Made by a program: the position numbers and the translations under genes. From positions 288,001 through 352,000 of the forward strand of contig CAWAGQ010000008.1 of NCBI GenBank assembly GCA_963781585.1: a stretch of DNA of 64,000 nucleotides, written 5' to 3'. Each line of letters starts with the position of its first letter. The first letter of the stretch is position 1. Origin of the DNA: an uncultured Gemmatimonadaceae bacterium (lineage in GTDB: Bacteria > Gemmatimonadota > Gemmatimonadetes > Gemmatimonadales > Gemmatimonadaceae). Below the pieces are notes generated by a model that searched no databases, had not been told where the DNA came from, and was given only the letters and a program-made list of their open reading frames with translations. Below are positions 10,052 through 19,121 of this stretch, one piece after another.

Positions 10052-10522
10052 GTGTCCGACATCGTGCAGAAGAAGCAGCGTCATCGCCTCATTCTCGAGA
10101 TCGTCGAGTCCCAGCCCGTTCCGAGTCAGGAGGAGCTTCGTCGCCTGCTGCACGACCGCGGTCTTCAGGTGACGCAGTCGACCCTCTCGCGCGATCTTCG
10201 CGAACTCCGACTCGCGCGGATACCATCTCCGAGTGGGGTTCGGTATGCGTCGCCCGACGCCGCCACGGACGACGCCCGGGCCATGTTGGATGACGTGCTG
10301 CCGCAGTTCTTTGCGACGATGGACGGTGTGCGCGAGCTGCTCGTCCTCAAGACTGTTCCCGGCGGAGCACAACCGATTGCGGAGGCGCTCGACTTTGAGG
10401 GGTTCTCGGACGTCTTGGGCACGCTCGGTGGCGAAAACACCGTGCTTGTAATTTGTCGTTCGGTTGGGGCCCGCGAACGTCTTGAGCGGCGCATCCAGAG
10501 ACTGACCAGAAAGGGCGGATGA
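10052..10522 (+). CDS. argR: Arginine repressor
   Basis: SQEEL, VTQSTLSRDLREL, KTVPGGA, GTLGGENT. Confidence 0.95.
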   Translation: MSDIVQKKQRHRLILEIVESQPVPSQEELRRLLHDRGLQVTQSTLSRDLRELRLARIPSPSGVRYASPDAATDDARAMLDDVLPQFFATMDGVRELLVLKTVPGGAQPIAEALDFEGFSDVLGTLGGENTVLVICRSVGARERLERRIQRLTRKGG

Positions 10523-10685
10523 CTGCCTGATTCTCGGGCGTTCGATCACGACCATCGCAAGGTTCCAGGAGCGTCGTCCACCCCCTCGAAGATATCTCCC
10601 CCCTGACAAGGCGCCGCCACGGGCCACCACTACCTCCGAGCTGTGCGGTGGGTTGCGACCAAATCGTTCGAGATCGCTGTCCGGA

Positions 10686-10741
10686 TTGACGGGCGCACAC
10701 GGGCCGGTTAATTATGCACAACGGGTGAATACATATCACGT
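10686..10741 (+). promoter_or_regulatory. argG promoter region with tandem ARG boxes
   Basis: TTGACG at 10686; gccggttaattatgcaca (10703-10720), 3-bp spacer, ggtgaatacatatcacgt (10724-10741). Confidence 0.65.
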
Positions 10742-10764
10742 CGCACGTTTTGCGGAGTTTGCCG

Positions 10765-12015
10765 ATGCAGACCATTGTGCTCGCATACTCGGGCGGGCTG
10801 GATACTTCGATCATTGTCCCGTGGTTGCGTGATCACCACGACGCAGAAGTCGTCTGCGTGGCAGCAGATGTAGGACAAGGCACAGACGAACTCCGAGGTA
10901 TTCGCGAAAAGGCCCTCCGCTCGGGAGCATCCGAGTGCTATGTCGAAGATCTGCGTCGTGAGTTCGTCGAGTCTTTCGCTTTCCCAACGCTGCGTGCGGG
11001 AGCCGTGTACGGTCGCAAGTATCTTCTCGGCACGTCGATGGCCCGTCCGCTCATCGCACGCCGACAGGTGGAAGTGGCACGCGCGATCGGTGCCAGCGCG
11101 TTGGCACATGGGTGCACGGGAAAAGGCAACGATCAGGTGAGGTTCGAACTCACATACATGGCGTTTGCGCCGGAACTCGAGGTCATTGCCCCATGGCGCG
11201 AGTGGGACATCCGGAGCCGGGAGGATGCCCTCGCCTACGCTTCAGCAAAGGGGATTCCTGTCGCGGCATCGGCAAGGAAGATCTACTCACGAGATCGCAA
11301 TCTCTGGCACATCTCGCACGAGGGTGGAGTGCTCGAAGACCCGAATCAGCCGCCCCCGGAGGATCTCTTTCTCCTGACCCTCGACCCAGCCCACGCACCA
11401 GACCAGCCGGAGTTAATCACCATCGGGTTTTCGCAGGGCACACCCGTATCGGTCAATGGAGATATCCTCGACCCGGTCGAGCTCGTGACTGCGCTCAATG
11501 CGGTAGCGGGCCGACACGGAGTGGGTCGGGCTGACATCGTCGAGGATCGCCTCGTCGGGATGAAGTCTCGCGGCGTATACGAAACTCCGGGCGGCACACT
11601 GCTCTACACCGCACTCGGCGAACTTGAAATGCTCGTGCTGGACCGCCGTTCTCTCGCAGCCAAGGACCTCATCGCACCACGATACGCTGACCTCGTCTAC
11701 GAAGGCCGATGGTGGAGCACCGAGCGTGAGGCCTACGACGCGTTTGTCGCCAAGCTCCAAGAGCTGGTGAGCGGTTCCGTTACGCTAAAGTTGTTCAAGG
11801 GCAGTGTCGCGGTCGCTGGGCGCGAAAGCGAGAACGCTCTGTACGACGATCGGTTCGTCACGTTCGGTGAGGACGACGTGTACCAGCAGAGCGATGCGGC
11901 CGGTTTTATCCGCCTCTACGGATTGCCAAGCCGCGTTCGTGCCCTGAAGGAACTGGAGAGAGGCGGGACCCATCAGGGTTCCGCGGCGACTCCTCCTGCG
12001 CTCGCGCTCACGTGA
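10765..12015 (+). CDS. argG: Argininosuccinate synthase
   Basis: VLAYSGGLDTS, HGCTGKGNDQVRF, KSRGVYETPGG; ATG 10765 with GGAG. Confidence 0.97.
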   Translation: MQTIVLAYSGGLDTSIIVPWLRDHHDAEVVCVAADVGQGTDELRGIREKALRSGASECYVEDLRREFVESFAFPTLRAGAVYGRKYLLGTSMARPLIARRQVEVARAIGASALAHGCTGKGNDQVRFELTYMAFAPELEVIAPWREWDIRSREDALAYASAKGIPVAASARKIYSRDRNLWHISHEGGVLEDPNQPPPEDLFLLTLDPAHAPDQPELITIGFSQGTPVSVNGDILDPVELVTALNAVAGRHGVGRADIVEDRLVGMKSRGVYETPGGTLLYTALGELEMLVLDRRSLAAKDLIAPRYADLVYEGRWWSTEREAYDAFVAKLQELVSGSVTLKLFKGSVAVAGRESENALYDDRFVTFGEDDVYQQSDAAGFIRLYGLPSRVRALKELERGGTHQGSAATPPALALT

Positions 12016-13481
12016 CCCCGGCACAGGTACTCGACGACAACTCGCCGGCACAGTCCCCGTCTGGCCACAGACTTTGGGGAGGACGATTCGCCCGGGGAAC
12101 ATCTGAGGTCATGGACGCGATCAATCGCTCCATTGGTCAGGATTTGCGGCTGTGGCCTTTCGACATCAAACTCTCCAAGGCTTGGGCGGTCGCACTCTGG
12201 AGTGCCGGCGTCCTGTCGCTGCAGGAAAGCCGCGAGATCGAGCGCGGCCTGGACCTGGTAGGCGACCGGCTGGCCGCAGGAGAGAATCCAGTGCCGACCG
12301 ACGAGGACGTGCACACGATGATCGACCGGATGCTGCACGAAGCGATCGGCGACGTCGCATCCAAGCTTCACACGGGTCGAAGCCGCAACGACCAGGTCGC
12401 GACCGCAACCCGCATGTGGATGATCGACGCATGCTCGCGTCTCGATGATGTCATCAAGGCGCTGCAACGCGTCATGTTGCGTCAGGCGGAGACCCTCGAA
12501 CAGGCTATTGTTCCTTCGTACACACACCTGCAACGCGCACAACCCGTCAGCGGAGCACACTGGATGCTGTCTCATTTCTGGCCGCTCCAGCGCGACCGCT
12601 CTCGCCTGGCTGCCGCAGCCCGTGCCGCTTCCGTGCTTCCACTCGGCAGCGGGGCCGTTGCCGGTTGTGCATTCCCGGTGTCACGGGTCCTGCTTCAGGG
12701 AAGCCTTGGCTTTGCCGCCATCTCGAGCAACAGCATCGATGCCGTAGCGGACCGAGACTTCGTCGCAGAGGGAGTCTTCGCCCTGTCGCTGCTGGCGGTT
12801 CACGTGTCCCGACTTGCCGAGGACCTGATCATTTTCGGCTCTGCGGAATTCGGGTTCGTGCGCTTTGGCGACGCCTTCACAACGGGGTCGAGCATGATGC
12901 CTCAGAAGAGGAACCCCGATGCGCTGGAGATCTCGCGCGGCTCCGCGTCGCGCCTCCTGGGAGACCTCACTTCTCTGCTCGCCACACTGAAAGGACTGCC
13001 CAGCGGGTACAACAAGGACCTTCAGGATGACAAGCGAGTGCTCTTCGACGCTGTGGATGCCATGTCGCTTGTCCTGCCGGCTGTTTCCGGCACGCTCAGC
13101 GAGCTCCGGTTCGACGTCGACAGGATGCGGAAAGCCGTATCCAGCACGATGATGTCGACGGACTTGGCCGACTATCTGGTGGCCAAAGGGGTGAGCTTTC
13201 GGGAAGCGCATGCTTCAGTCGGGCAGCTTATCCGGCAGAGCGAGGACAACGGTGTCGACCTTGCGGATCTGCCAAGAGCGTCCTACGCGCACGCGAACGC
13301 CCGATTCGGCCCAGATGTACTCGATGCCCTCTCACCACTTGCGTCGTTGTTACGTCGTGATATCGACGGTGGGACAGGTCCAAATGCGGTTCACACACAG
13401 TTGGAGCGAGCGGGTGCCAGCATCGAGCAACCCGCAGAGCCGCCCGGAAATCGATTCCCGCAGGCTACGAGCCACCGATAG
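12012..13481 (+). CDS. argH: Argininosuccinate lyase
   Basis: LWGGRF, LHTGRSRNDQ, GSSMMPQKRNPD. Confidence 0.97.
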   Translation: MTPAQVLDDNSPAQSPSGHRLWGGRFARGTSEVMDAINRSIGQDLRLWPFDIKLSKAWAVALWSAGVLSLQESREIERGLDLVGDRLAAGENPVPTDEDVHTMIDRMLHEAIGDVASKLHTGRSRNDQVATATRMWMIDACSRLDDVIKALQRVMLRQAETLEQAIVPSYTHLQRAQPVSGAHWMLSHFWPLQRDRSRLAAAARAASVLPLGSGAVAGCAFPVSRVLLQGSLGFAAISSNSIDAVADRDFVAEGVFALSLLAVHVSRLAEDLIIFGSAEFGFVRFGDAFTTGSSMMPQKRNPDALEISRGSASRLLGDLTSLLATLKGLPSGYNKDLQDDKRVLFDAVDAMSLVLPAVSGTLSELRFDVDRMRKAVSSTMMSTDLADYLVAKGVSFREAHASVGQLIRQSEDNGVDLADLPRASYAHANARFGPDVLDALSPLASLLRRDIDGGTGPNAVHTQLERAGASIEQPAEPPGNRFPQATSHR

Positions 13482-13739
13482 GGACGGCCGCTCTGGATAA
13501 GCTCGCCAATCTTTCCGCACTCCAACGCGTGACGAAACGGCCCTCGTTGGATCGGTGGCAGTGCTGGCTGGCCCACCACTATTTAGTCTCGCGAGCAACG
13601 CTTGAGGTGACGGGCCGCGTACGCAAATCTTCTGTTGCCACATTGTTATCGCAGGTTGGACGGGGAGTAACCTTGGCCATGTCCACCACGAAGTGGCGGG
13701 AGTACCATATATTATCCTCATCACGGAGGATAATATAGC

Positions 13740-14114
13740 GTGCCGGCATTCAACACGCGTGCGGCGGCAATGTCATTAGGAATGTCGGCGAAATCCCTCG
13801 AGAACCTATTCTCGCACCTGCTCAATCCGGCAGCACCGCACGGCGTACAGGGCCGCGATAGGCGGATCCCTTTGGACATCATTCTGCGTATCGCGGTTGC
13901 GCGAGATATACGGGATACGTTCGGGTGCTCATGGAGTCGAGCGCTAGACATTGCTGAGCGCCTTGATGCGTCTGGGGAAGTCGTGTCTGCCGGCGCCTTG
14001 CTGTCCCTCCGGGCAGATATCGCCTCGTACCGAGCGCAACTGCGGGAACGGTTGACCGAGGCTACGGAGTCGGTGCTTACTCGGCGCAGAGGGCGGCCGA
14101 GTTCGCGAACTTGA
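13740..14114 (+). CDS. Hypothetical protein, possible MerR-like winged HTH
   Basis: GGAGGA RBS before GTG; FNTRAAAMSLGMSAKSLENL, QGRDRRI, basic tail RRRGRP. Confidence 0.6.
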   Translation: MPAFNTRAAAMSLGMSAKSLENLFSHLLNPAAPHGVQGRDRRIPLDIILRIAVARDIRDTFGCSWSRALDIAERLDASGEVVSAGALLSLRADIASYRAQLRERLTEATESVLTRRRGRPSSRT

Positions 14115-14156
14115 CTAGGTAGCTTTGGACTGGTGGGCCAGCGGAGGTTCAGTCTC

Positions 14157-15374
14157 GTGACGATCGGGCATCGAAGACGAACGGCAACCGTCAACGTCGG
14201 CGGCGTGTTGGTGGGCTCTGACCATCCGATCGTCGTGCAGTCGATGACGAATACGGATACAGCCGATGCCGAGGGGACAGCACACCAGATCATTGCGCTG
14301 GTCCATGCTGGCTCCGAACTGGTGCGAGTGACCGTAAACAACGATGCCGCCGCTGTCGCTGTTCCAGAGATCAATGCCCGCCTCAGGGACCGGGGGGTAC
14401 ACGTTCCCATCATTGGGGACTTCCACTATAACGGACACCTGCTCCTCACCCGCTATCCTGCGTGCGCAGAGGTGCTGGCGAAGTACCGGATCAACCCAGG
14501 GAACGTCGGCAGCCGTCGGCGCGACGAGAACTTTCGTACCATCGTCCGATGTGCTGTCGACCATCAGAAGCCCGTTCGCATCGGTGTGAACTGGGGTTCG
14601 CTCGATCAGGATCTCCTCACAGCGATGATGGACGAGAACGCGAGGCTCGCAAGCCCGAGCGACGCCCGAGATGTGTACATCGAGGCCATGGTTGAGAGCG
14701 GCCTGCGTTCGGCGTCGCTGGCCGAGGAAACCGGACTGTCCCACGATCGCATCATCATTTCCGCGAAGGTCTCCCAAGTACCTGACCTGGTTGATGTCTA
14801 TCGGCGTTTGGGCACGCGCTGCGACTTTCCTCTACACCTCGGCCTTACCGAAGCAGGTTTAGGCACGAAGGGCGTCATTGCCAGCACTGCTGGTCTGGCC
14901 ATCGTCATGGCGGAGGGTATCGGTGACACCATCCGCGTATCACTGACCCCGCGCCCCGGAGGTGATCGCACCGAAGAAGTTCGCGTGGCGCAGCAGATCC
15001 TCCAGTCGCTGGGGCTTCGCCAGTTCGCCCCACAGGTAACGGCCTGCCCAGGATGCGGCAGGACCACATCCACGTTCTTTCAGCAAATGGCGGAAGACAT
15101 CCAGTCTTACATTCGAGATCAGATGCCAGTGTGGCGACGCAGCCACGTGGGAATGGAAGACCTGCGCATCGCGGTCATGGGATGTGTCGTGAACGGACCA
15201 GGCGAATCAAAGCACGCCCATGTCGGGATATCACTTCCGGGAACCTCCGAAGAACCCAGAGCGCCTGTATATGTCGATGGACGACTGAGCACGACGCTGC
15301 GAGGGGATGATATCGTGCCGCAGTTTCTCCGAATTGTCGATGAGTACGTCAGCGCACACTATGCCGCGCGATGA
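14157..15374 (+). CDS. ispG: HMBPP synthase (4-hydroxy-3-methylbut-2-enyl diphosphate synthase)
   Basis: [46 protein letters not shown] 14157 after GGAGG. Confidence 0.97.
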   Translation: MTIGHRRRTATVNVGGVLVGSDHPIVVQSMTNTDTADAEGTAHQIIALVHAGSELVRVTVNNDAAAVAVPEINARLRDRGVHVPIIGDFHYNGHLLLTRYPACAEVLAKYRINPGNVGSRRRDENFRTIVRCAVDHQKPVRIGVNWGSLDQDLLTAMMDENARLASPSDARDVYIEAMVESGLRSASLAEETGLSHDRIIISAKVSQVPDLVDVYRRLGTRCDFPLHLGLTEAGLGTKGVIASTAGLAIVMAEGIGDTIRVSLTPRPGGDRTEEVRVAQQILQSLGLRQFAPQVTACPGCGRTTSTFFQQMAEDIQSYIRDQMPVWRRSHVGMEDLRIAVMGCVVNGPGESKHAHVGISLPGTSEEPRAPVYVDGRLSTTLRGDDIVPQFLRIVDEYVSAHYAAR

Positions 15375-15424
15375 GTCGCCCCGTCAGACCGTTGGTGCTC
15401 TGGCGCCGTGTCGCTGGTCCCGGC

Positions 15425-16033
15425 TCAATCACGCCACGATTCGAGCGCGCTCACAATCTCCGCCAACTCGTCCCTGATCGGCGCGTAGAAGCCGACATCT
15501 CGCAGGCGATCATGGATACGACGATACCAGTGCACCGTTTCGGTCCGTCCTCCTGGCAACTGACTCCACACAGATGTCGGGTCTACGGTACGTCGCAGGT
15601 TTGAGAGAGCAGTTGCCGCGCTATGCAGTGCGATCGCGGCAAGGACCCAACGTGCCGGCTCCGACATCGCGCTCAGACGGTCGAGAATATCCTCCCGCCG
15701 CTCATCGTATGAGAGCTCGACTCCGTCGTCGCCCGTGCGCCGCTGCGAGACCGCGAGCAAAGTCTCCAGTACCTCGTCGCCGAACTTATCGAGAATTCGC
15801 TGCCTGAGCGTCACGGCCGCATAGCCGTTGCCAAGGGTGTCCTCCGCCACCGAGTGCAGAATCCCTGCGATCACCGTTGTGTCATCACGCTCGTAGCGAG
15901 CCAGAACGAGGCCCACGTTCGCAGGTTGCGTGAAATATGGCGGCTTCATACCACGCCTGACCTGTTGATCGTGCTGCTTGGCAGCAAACGCCAGCGCGTG
16001 GTCGATTCTGTCCGAATAGCCCCGCATGGTCAC
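15425..16033 (-). CDS. HD-domain protein, Mesh1/small alarmone hydrolase-like with degenerate metal site
   Basis: ALAFAAKQHDQQVRR..PYFTQP..AGILHSVAEDT..FGDEV; start could be ATG 16027. Confidence 0.78.
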   Translation of the reverse strand: MTMRGYSDRIDHALAFAAKQHDQQVRRGMKPPYFTQPANVGLVLARYERDDTTVIAGILHSVAEDTLGNGYAAVTLRQRILDKFGDEVLETLLAVSQRRTGDDGVELSYDERREDILDRLSAMSEPARWVLAAIALHSAATALSNLRRTVDPTSVWSQLPGGRTETVHWYRRIHDRLRDVGFYAPIRDELAEIVSALESWRD

Positions 16034-16111
16034 TCCGATGTGCCGCGTTCTCGTACCGTCAGATAGGGAGAGAGACGCTGCATCCGCAGCACGGGGCGAA
16101 GCCGGACCCGA

Positions 16112-16618
16112 CTAGCTGGCGTCATCAGTCGACGTGAACCACGTCACCAGTCGTTCCAGTCCCAGTGTGTCGTCACTATCGAAGGTGTCGGGCCTCTCGC
16201 TATCGATGTCGAGGACTGCTGACAGTTGCTCGTGCCTGTCGAAGACTGGCACAACGATTTCGGAACGTGCCCGGGCATCACACACGATGTGACCGGGGAA
16301 CTGGCTCACATCGGGTACGATGATGGTTCGGCGCTGCGCGGCGGCGGTACCGCACACCCCTGATCCCAGCGGTATTTCCAAACAGCCCAGCGAACCTTGA
16401 TACGGTCCAACGCGCAGAACGGAGCCAGACGACACCGCTCGGTAGAAGCCGACCCACAGATGGCCAAACCCCTCTCGAAGGAGGCAGCTGATGGTGGCCA
16501 TCCCTGCGACCGGATCGTGAATTCCGGACAACACCGCACGACAATGCGCGTCCAGCTGCCGATACGCTTCCCCCTTGGGAAGACCCCGTAAATCGAGCAT
16601 CGTCGCAGTCATCGCCAA
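16112..16618 (-). CDS. GAF domain protein, free methionine-(R)-sulfoxide reductase (MsrC/YebR family)
   Basis: WVGFY, GPYQG..GC, GVCG, FPGHIVCD, SEIVVP, VLDIDS; start uncertain. Confidence 0.88.
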   Translation of the reverse strand: MAMTATMLDLRGLPKGEAYRQLDAHCRAVLSGIHDPVAGMATISCLLREGFGHLWVGFYRAVSSGSVLRVGPYQGSLGCLEIPLGSGVCGTAAAQRRTIIVPDVSQFPGHIVCDARARSEIVVPVFDRHEQLSAVLDIDSERPDTFDSDDTLGLERLVTWFTSTDDAS

Positions 16619-16649
16619 CCGAACCCCGGGGTGGCCCCCCAGTCTCCGC

Positions 16650-17150
16650 TCATGGGATAACGGTGATTTCTCCCTTCATCCCCATGGCCAGGTGTGGTGT
16701 GCAGTGAAAGGGATACTTCCCCAGCGGCAGATTACCCAGGGAGAGCAGCAGGGTGTCATTCTCCGCAATGAGCATGTCGGAAGTCCCATCTGTGCTGTTC
16801 GGCATGTTGGCAAACAGCTGTTCCTTGGAGCCAGCGGGAATAGTAGCAGGGTCAAATGCGATGTTGTGAGGTGGTAGCGACATGACTACAAACCGGATGC
16901 CGTCTCCCACCCTGGCGGTGATGTTCGCCGGTTCAAACCGATAGCCTTGGGCGTCGCCGATCAGCTTGACTTCGTGAATCTGTCCCGTGATGGGCGCCGC
17001 TGCCACTGAACGGCCCGGCGACGCGGGCATGGGAGCTGGCATCGCCACGGTATCAAGATTCGAAGTGGTATCAACATGGCTCGGCTCGCCGCCACTACAA
17101 GCCCCGAGCATGAGCATGCCCGACGCCAGAACGAGCCTGAAATACCTCAT
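16650..17150 (-). CDS. Plastocyanin/azurin-family blue copper lipoprotein
   Basis: Lipobox LGAC; type-1 Cu ligands PHN and CTPHLAMGM. Confidence 0.92.
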   Translation of the reverse strand: MRYFRLVLASGMLMLGACSGGEPSHVDTTSNLDTVAMPAPMPASPGRSVAAAPITGQIHEVKLIGDAQGYRFEPANITARVGDGIRFVVMSLPPHNIAFDPATIPAGSKEQLFANMPNSTDGTSDMLIAENDTLLLSLGNLPLGKYPFHCTPHLAMGMKGEITVIP

Positions 17151-17226
17151 CACCAATGACCTCTATCGGCTAAGCAAGGTGGGTGAGCAGAGCGCTGGCT
17201 GTCGCCCAGGAGGCCGGGCGTTGGAG

Positions 17227-17244
17227 TTGTGAACTTATTCACAA
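17227..17244. promoter_or_regulatory. Palindromic operator TTGTGAA-N4-TTCACAA (Rex box; also fits CRP TGTGA-N6-TCACA)
   Basis: ttgtgaacttattcacaa read directly, about 77 bp upstream of the blue copper gene. Confidence 0.75.
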
Positions 17245-17566
17245 GCGGCTCGAACGCAACGGTTTGAGAGCCGGGTCAGTCACTCGAGATTCGCTTCGCA
17301 CCGGAGAGCCTGAAGCGACAATCCTGGGGGGCTGCTACGTTGATGTCGTCCTCCTCACTGCGCTCGCGATCCGTGGCGAACGGCCACCAGTAGTCCCGGA
17401 GCCACAGCCTTGCCGCGGCTGCTCTTCTCCTTCTCTCCTCCCTTTCTCACTGATATGGACAGATCTTCTCCAACGGCCCATGAACGAACACCATGACTGA
17501 CGCACCCGCATCCGTCGCCCGCCCCGTCATTGAGCGTGTGCCCAACGCGCCCGTCGCGATTCCTCA

Positions 17567-18277
17567 GTGATCGCGATTCCAGCCATCAACCTGCGGGCCG
17601 GAATGTGCGCGCTGCCCGCCGAGGGATCGCTGCGCACCGATCATTTCCAAGCAGTCGAGCCTCTGTCGCTCGTGCGCTCGTACGTTCGAGACGGGTTCTG
17701 TCAGATCCACCTTGCGGACATGGATGCGACATCGGCGCATGCTGCCAACCGTGGGGTCATACGGGACCTGCTGTGGGATGGCGCCGCTGAGTTCTTGGTG
17801 CGCAGCGGAGTCTCCGCGACAGACGATGTGCGCCAACTGGTGAACTCCGGTGCCCGCTTTGCCGTCGTCGGAAGCTCCGTCGTGCCGGATCCCTGGTGGC
17901 TTGCTGACGCAACAGAGCTCTTCGAGAACTCGATCATCCTGTCGGTCGAAGTGCAGCATCGACGCGTCGCGGCCTGTGGTTGGAGTCCGGCGCGGCCAGT
18001 CCCCGTTGGCGAGGTACTTGACGAGGTCCAGGACGTCGGCCTTGCCGGAATCCTCGTTGAGCCCATCGACCATCGGCAATCCATCGCCAACGATCTCCGT
18101 CTCGTGGAAGACATCATCGACGCGTGCATCTGTCCCGTATACGTTGCCGGCGGGATTGCGTCGATGGGCGAGCTGCGTGCCCTTGAGGAGCGATTGGTCA
18201 CTGGAGCCGTCGTGGGACGCGCTTTGCAGACCGGCGCCTTGCACTCGCGCGTCGTCGCTGAGGAGTTTACGGCATGA
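17567..18277 (+). CDS. HisA/HisF-family TIM barrel protein (divergent HisA-like)
   Basis: MIAIPAINLRAG, IHLADMD, VYVAGGI, GAVVGRAL. Confidence 0.8.
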   Translation: MIAIPAINLRAGMCALPAEGSLRTDHFQAVEPLSLVRSYVRDGFCQIHLADMDATSAHAANRGVIRDLLWDGAAEFLVRSGVSATDDVRQLVNSGARFAVVGSSVVPDPWWLADATELFENSIILSVEVQHRRVAACGWSPARPVPVGEVLDEVQDVGLAGILVEPIDHRQSIANDLRLVEDIIDACICPVYVAGGIASMGELRALEERLVTGAVVGRALQTGALHSRVVAEEFTA

Positions 18278-18314
18278 TCACTGGACCGCCGCATTTGACC
18301 GAGCTGCTCGCGGG

Positions 18315-19121
18315 GTGACGGCTCCGTCGAATCAATCACTCCTGGAAGTTGTCACCGACATCGTGCAGGTGGCGGGCGACGCTGCGTTGCGTCACTTTCG
18401 GAAGAACCTCACGGTGGAACGCAAGAGCGATGGATCGGAAGTGACCATCGCCGACCGGGCGGCCGAACACGCCGTTCGTGATTGGATCGAAGCGCGCTTC
18501 CCGACCGACAGCGTTCTGGGTGAGGAGTTGCCACCAACTGAGCGGTCTCCCGCGCGGCGCTGGTACATCGATCCGATCGACGGCACGAAGAGTTTCATTC
18601 GCGGCGTACCGCTTTGGGGTTCGATGGTGGCGCTGGAAGTCTCGGGCGAGATCGTCGCGGGGGGGATCCGGTGCCCGGCTACCGACGACACCGTCGTCGC
18701 CGTGCGCGGAAGCGGATGCTGGCACAACGGAACGCGCACCCATGTGTCGACAACGGCGTCCATAGCGGACGCCACGATAGTGGCCACCGACGTGCGGTTC
18801 CCGTCGCATCTCCGGGGCGCGGAACGCTGGAGCGCGCTCACGCGTCGCGTAGCGATCGCCCGTTCATGGGGTGACTGCTACGGGTACGTGCTGGTAGCGA
18901 CCGGGCGGGCGGAGTTGATGGCGGATGACCGGCTGCACCCCTGGGACGTCGCCCCTCTTCTTCCCATCATCGAGGAGGCCGGTGGGGTGCTCTCCGACTG
19001 GAGTGGGCGCCCCGACTGCTTGGGGCCGGATGGCATCGCGTCGAACGCCGTACTGGCTACAGCGTTGCGCAGTGCGCTGGGAGTGCCTTCGCAGGTCCGG
19101 CGACTCAGAAGCGTTCCATAA
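18315..19121 (+). CDS. Inositol monophosphatase family, histidinol-phosphatase HisN-like
   Basis: KSDGSEVTIADR, GEE, WYIDPIDGTKSF, WGDCYGY, WDVAP; GTG 18315 chosen within ORF 17850-19121. Confidence 0.85.
   Translation: MTAPSNQSLLEVVTDIVQVAGDAALRHFRKNLTVERKSDGSEVTIADRAAEHAVRDWIEARFPTDSVLGEELPPTERSPARRWYIDPIDGTKSFIRGVPLWGSMVALEVSGEIVAGGIRCPATDDTVVAVRGSGCWHNGTRTHVSTTASIADATIVATDVRFPSHLRGAERWSALTRRVAIARSWGDCYGYVLVATGRAELMADDRLHPWDVAPLLPIIEEAGGVLSDWSGRPDCLGPDGIASNAVLATALRSALGVPSQVRRLRSVP

Noticed and set aside
17850..18314. Apparent 423-aa fusion extending the IMPase upstream
   Set aside because: The extension is an alternate frame of the HisA-like gene; IMPase homology starts near 18315.
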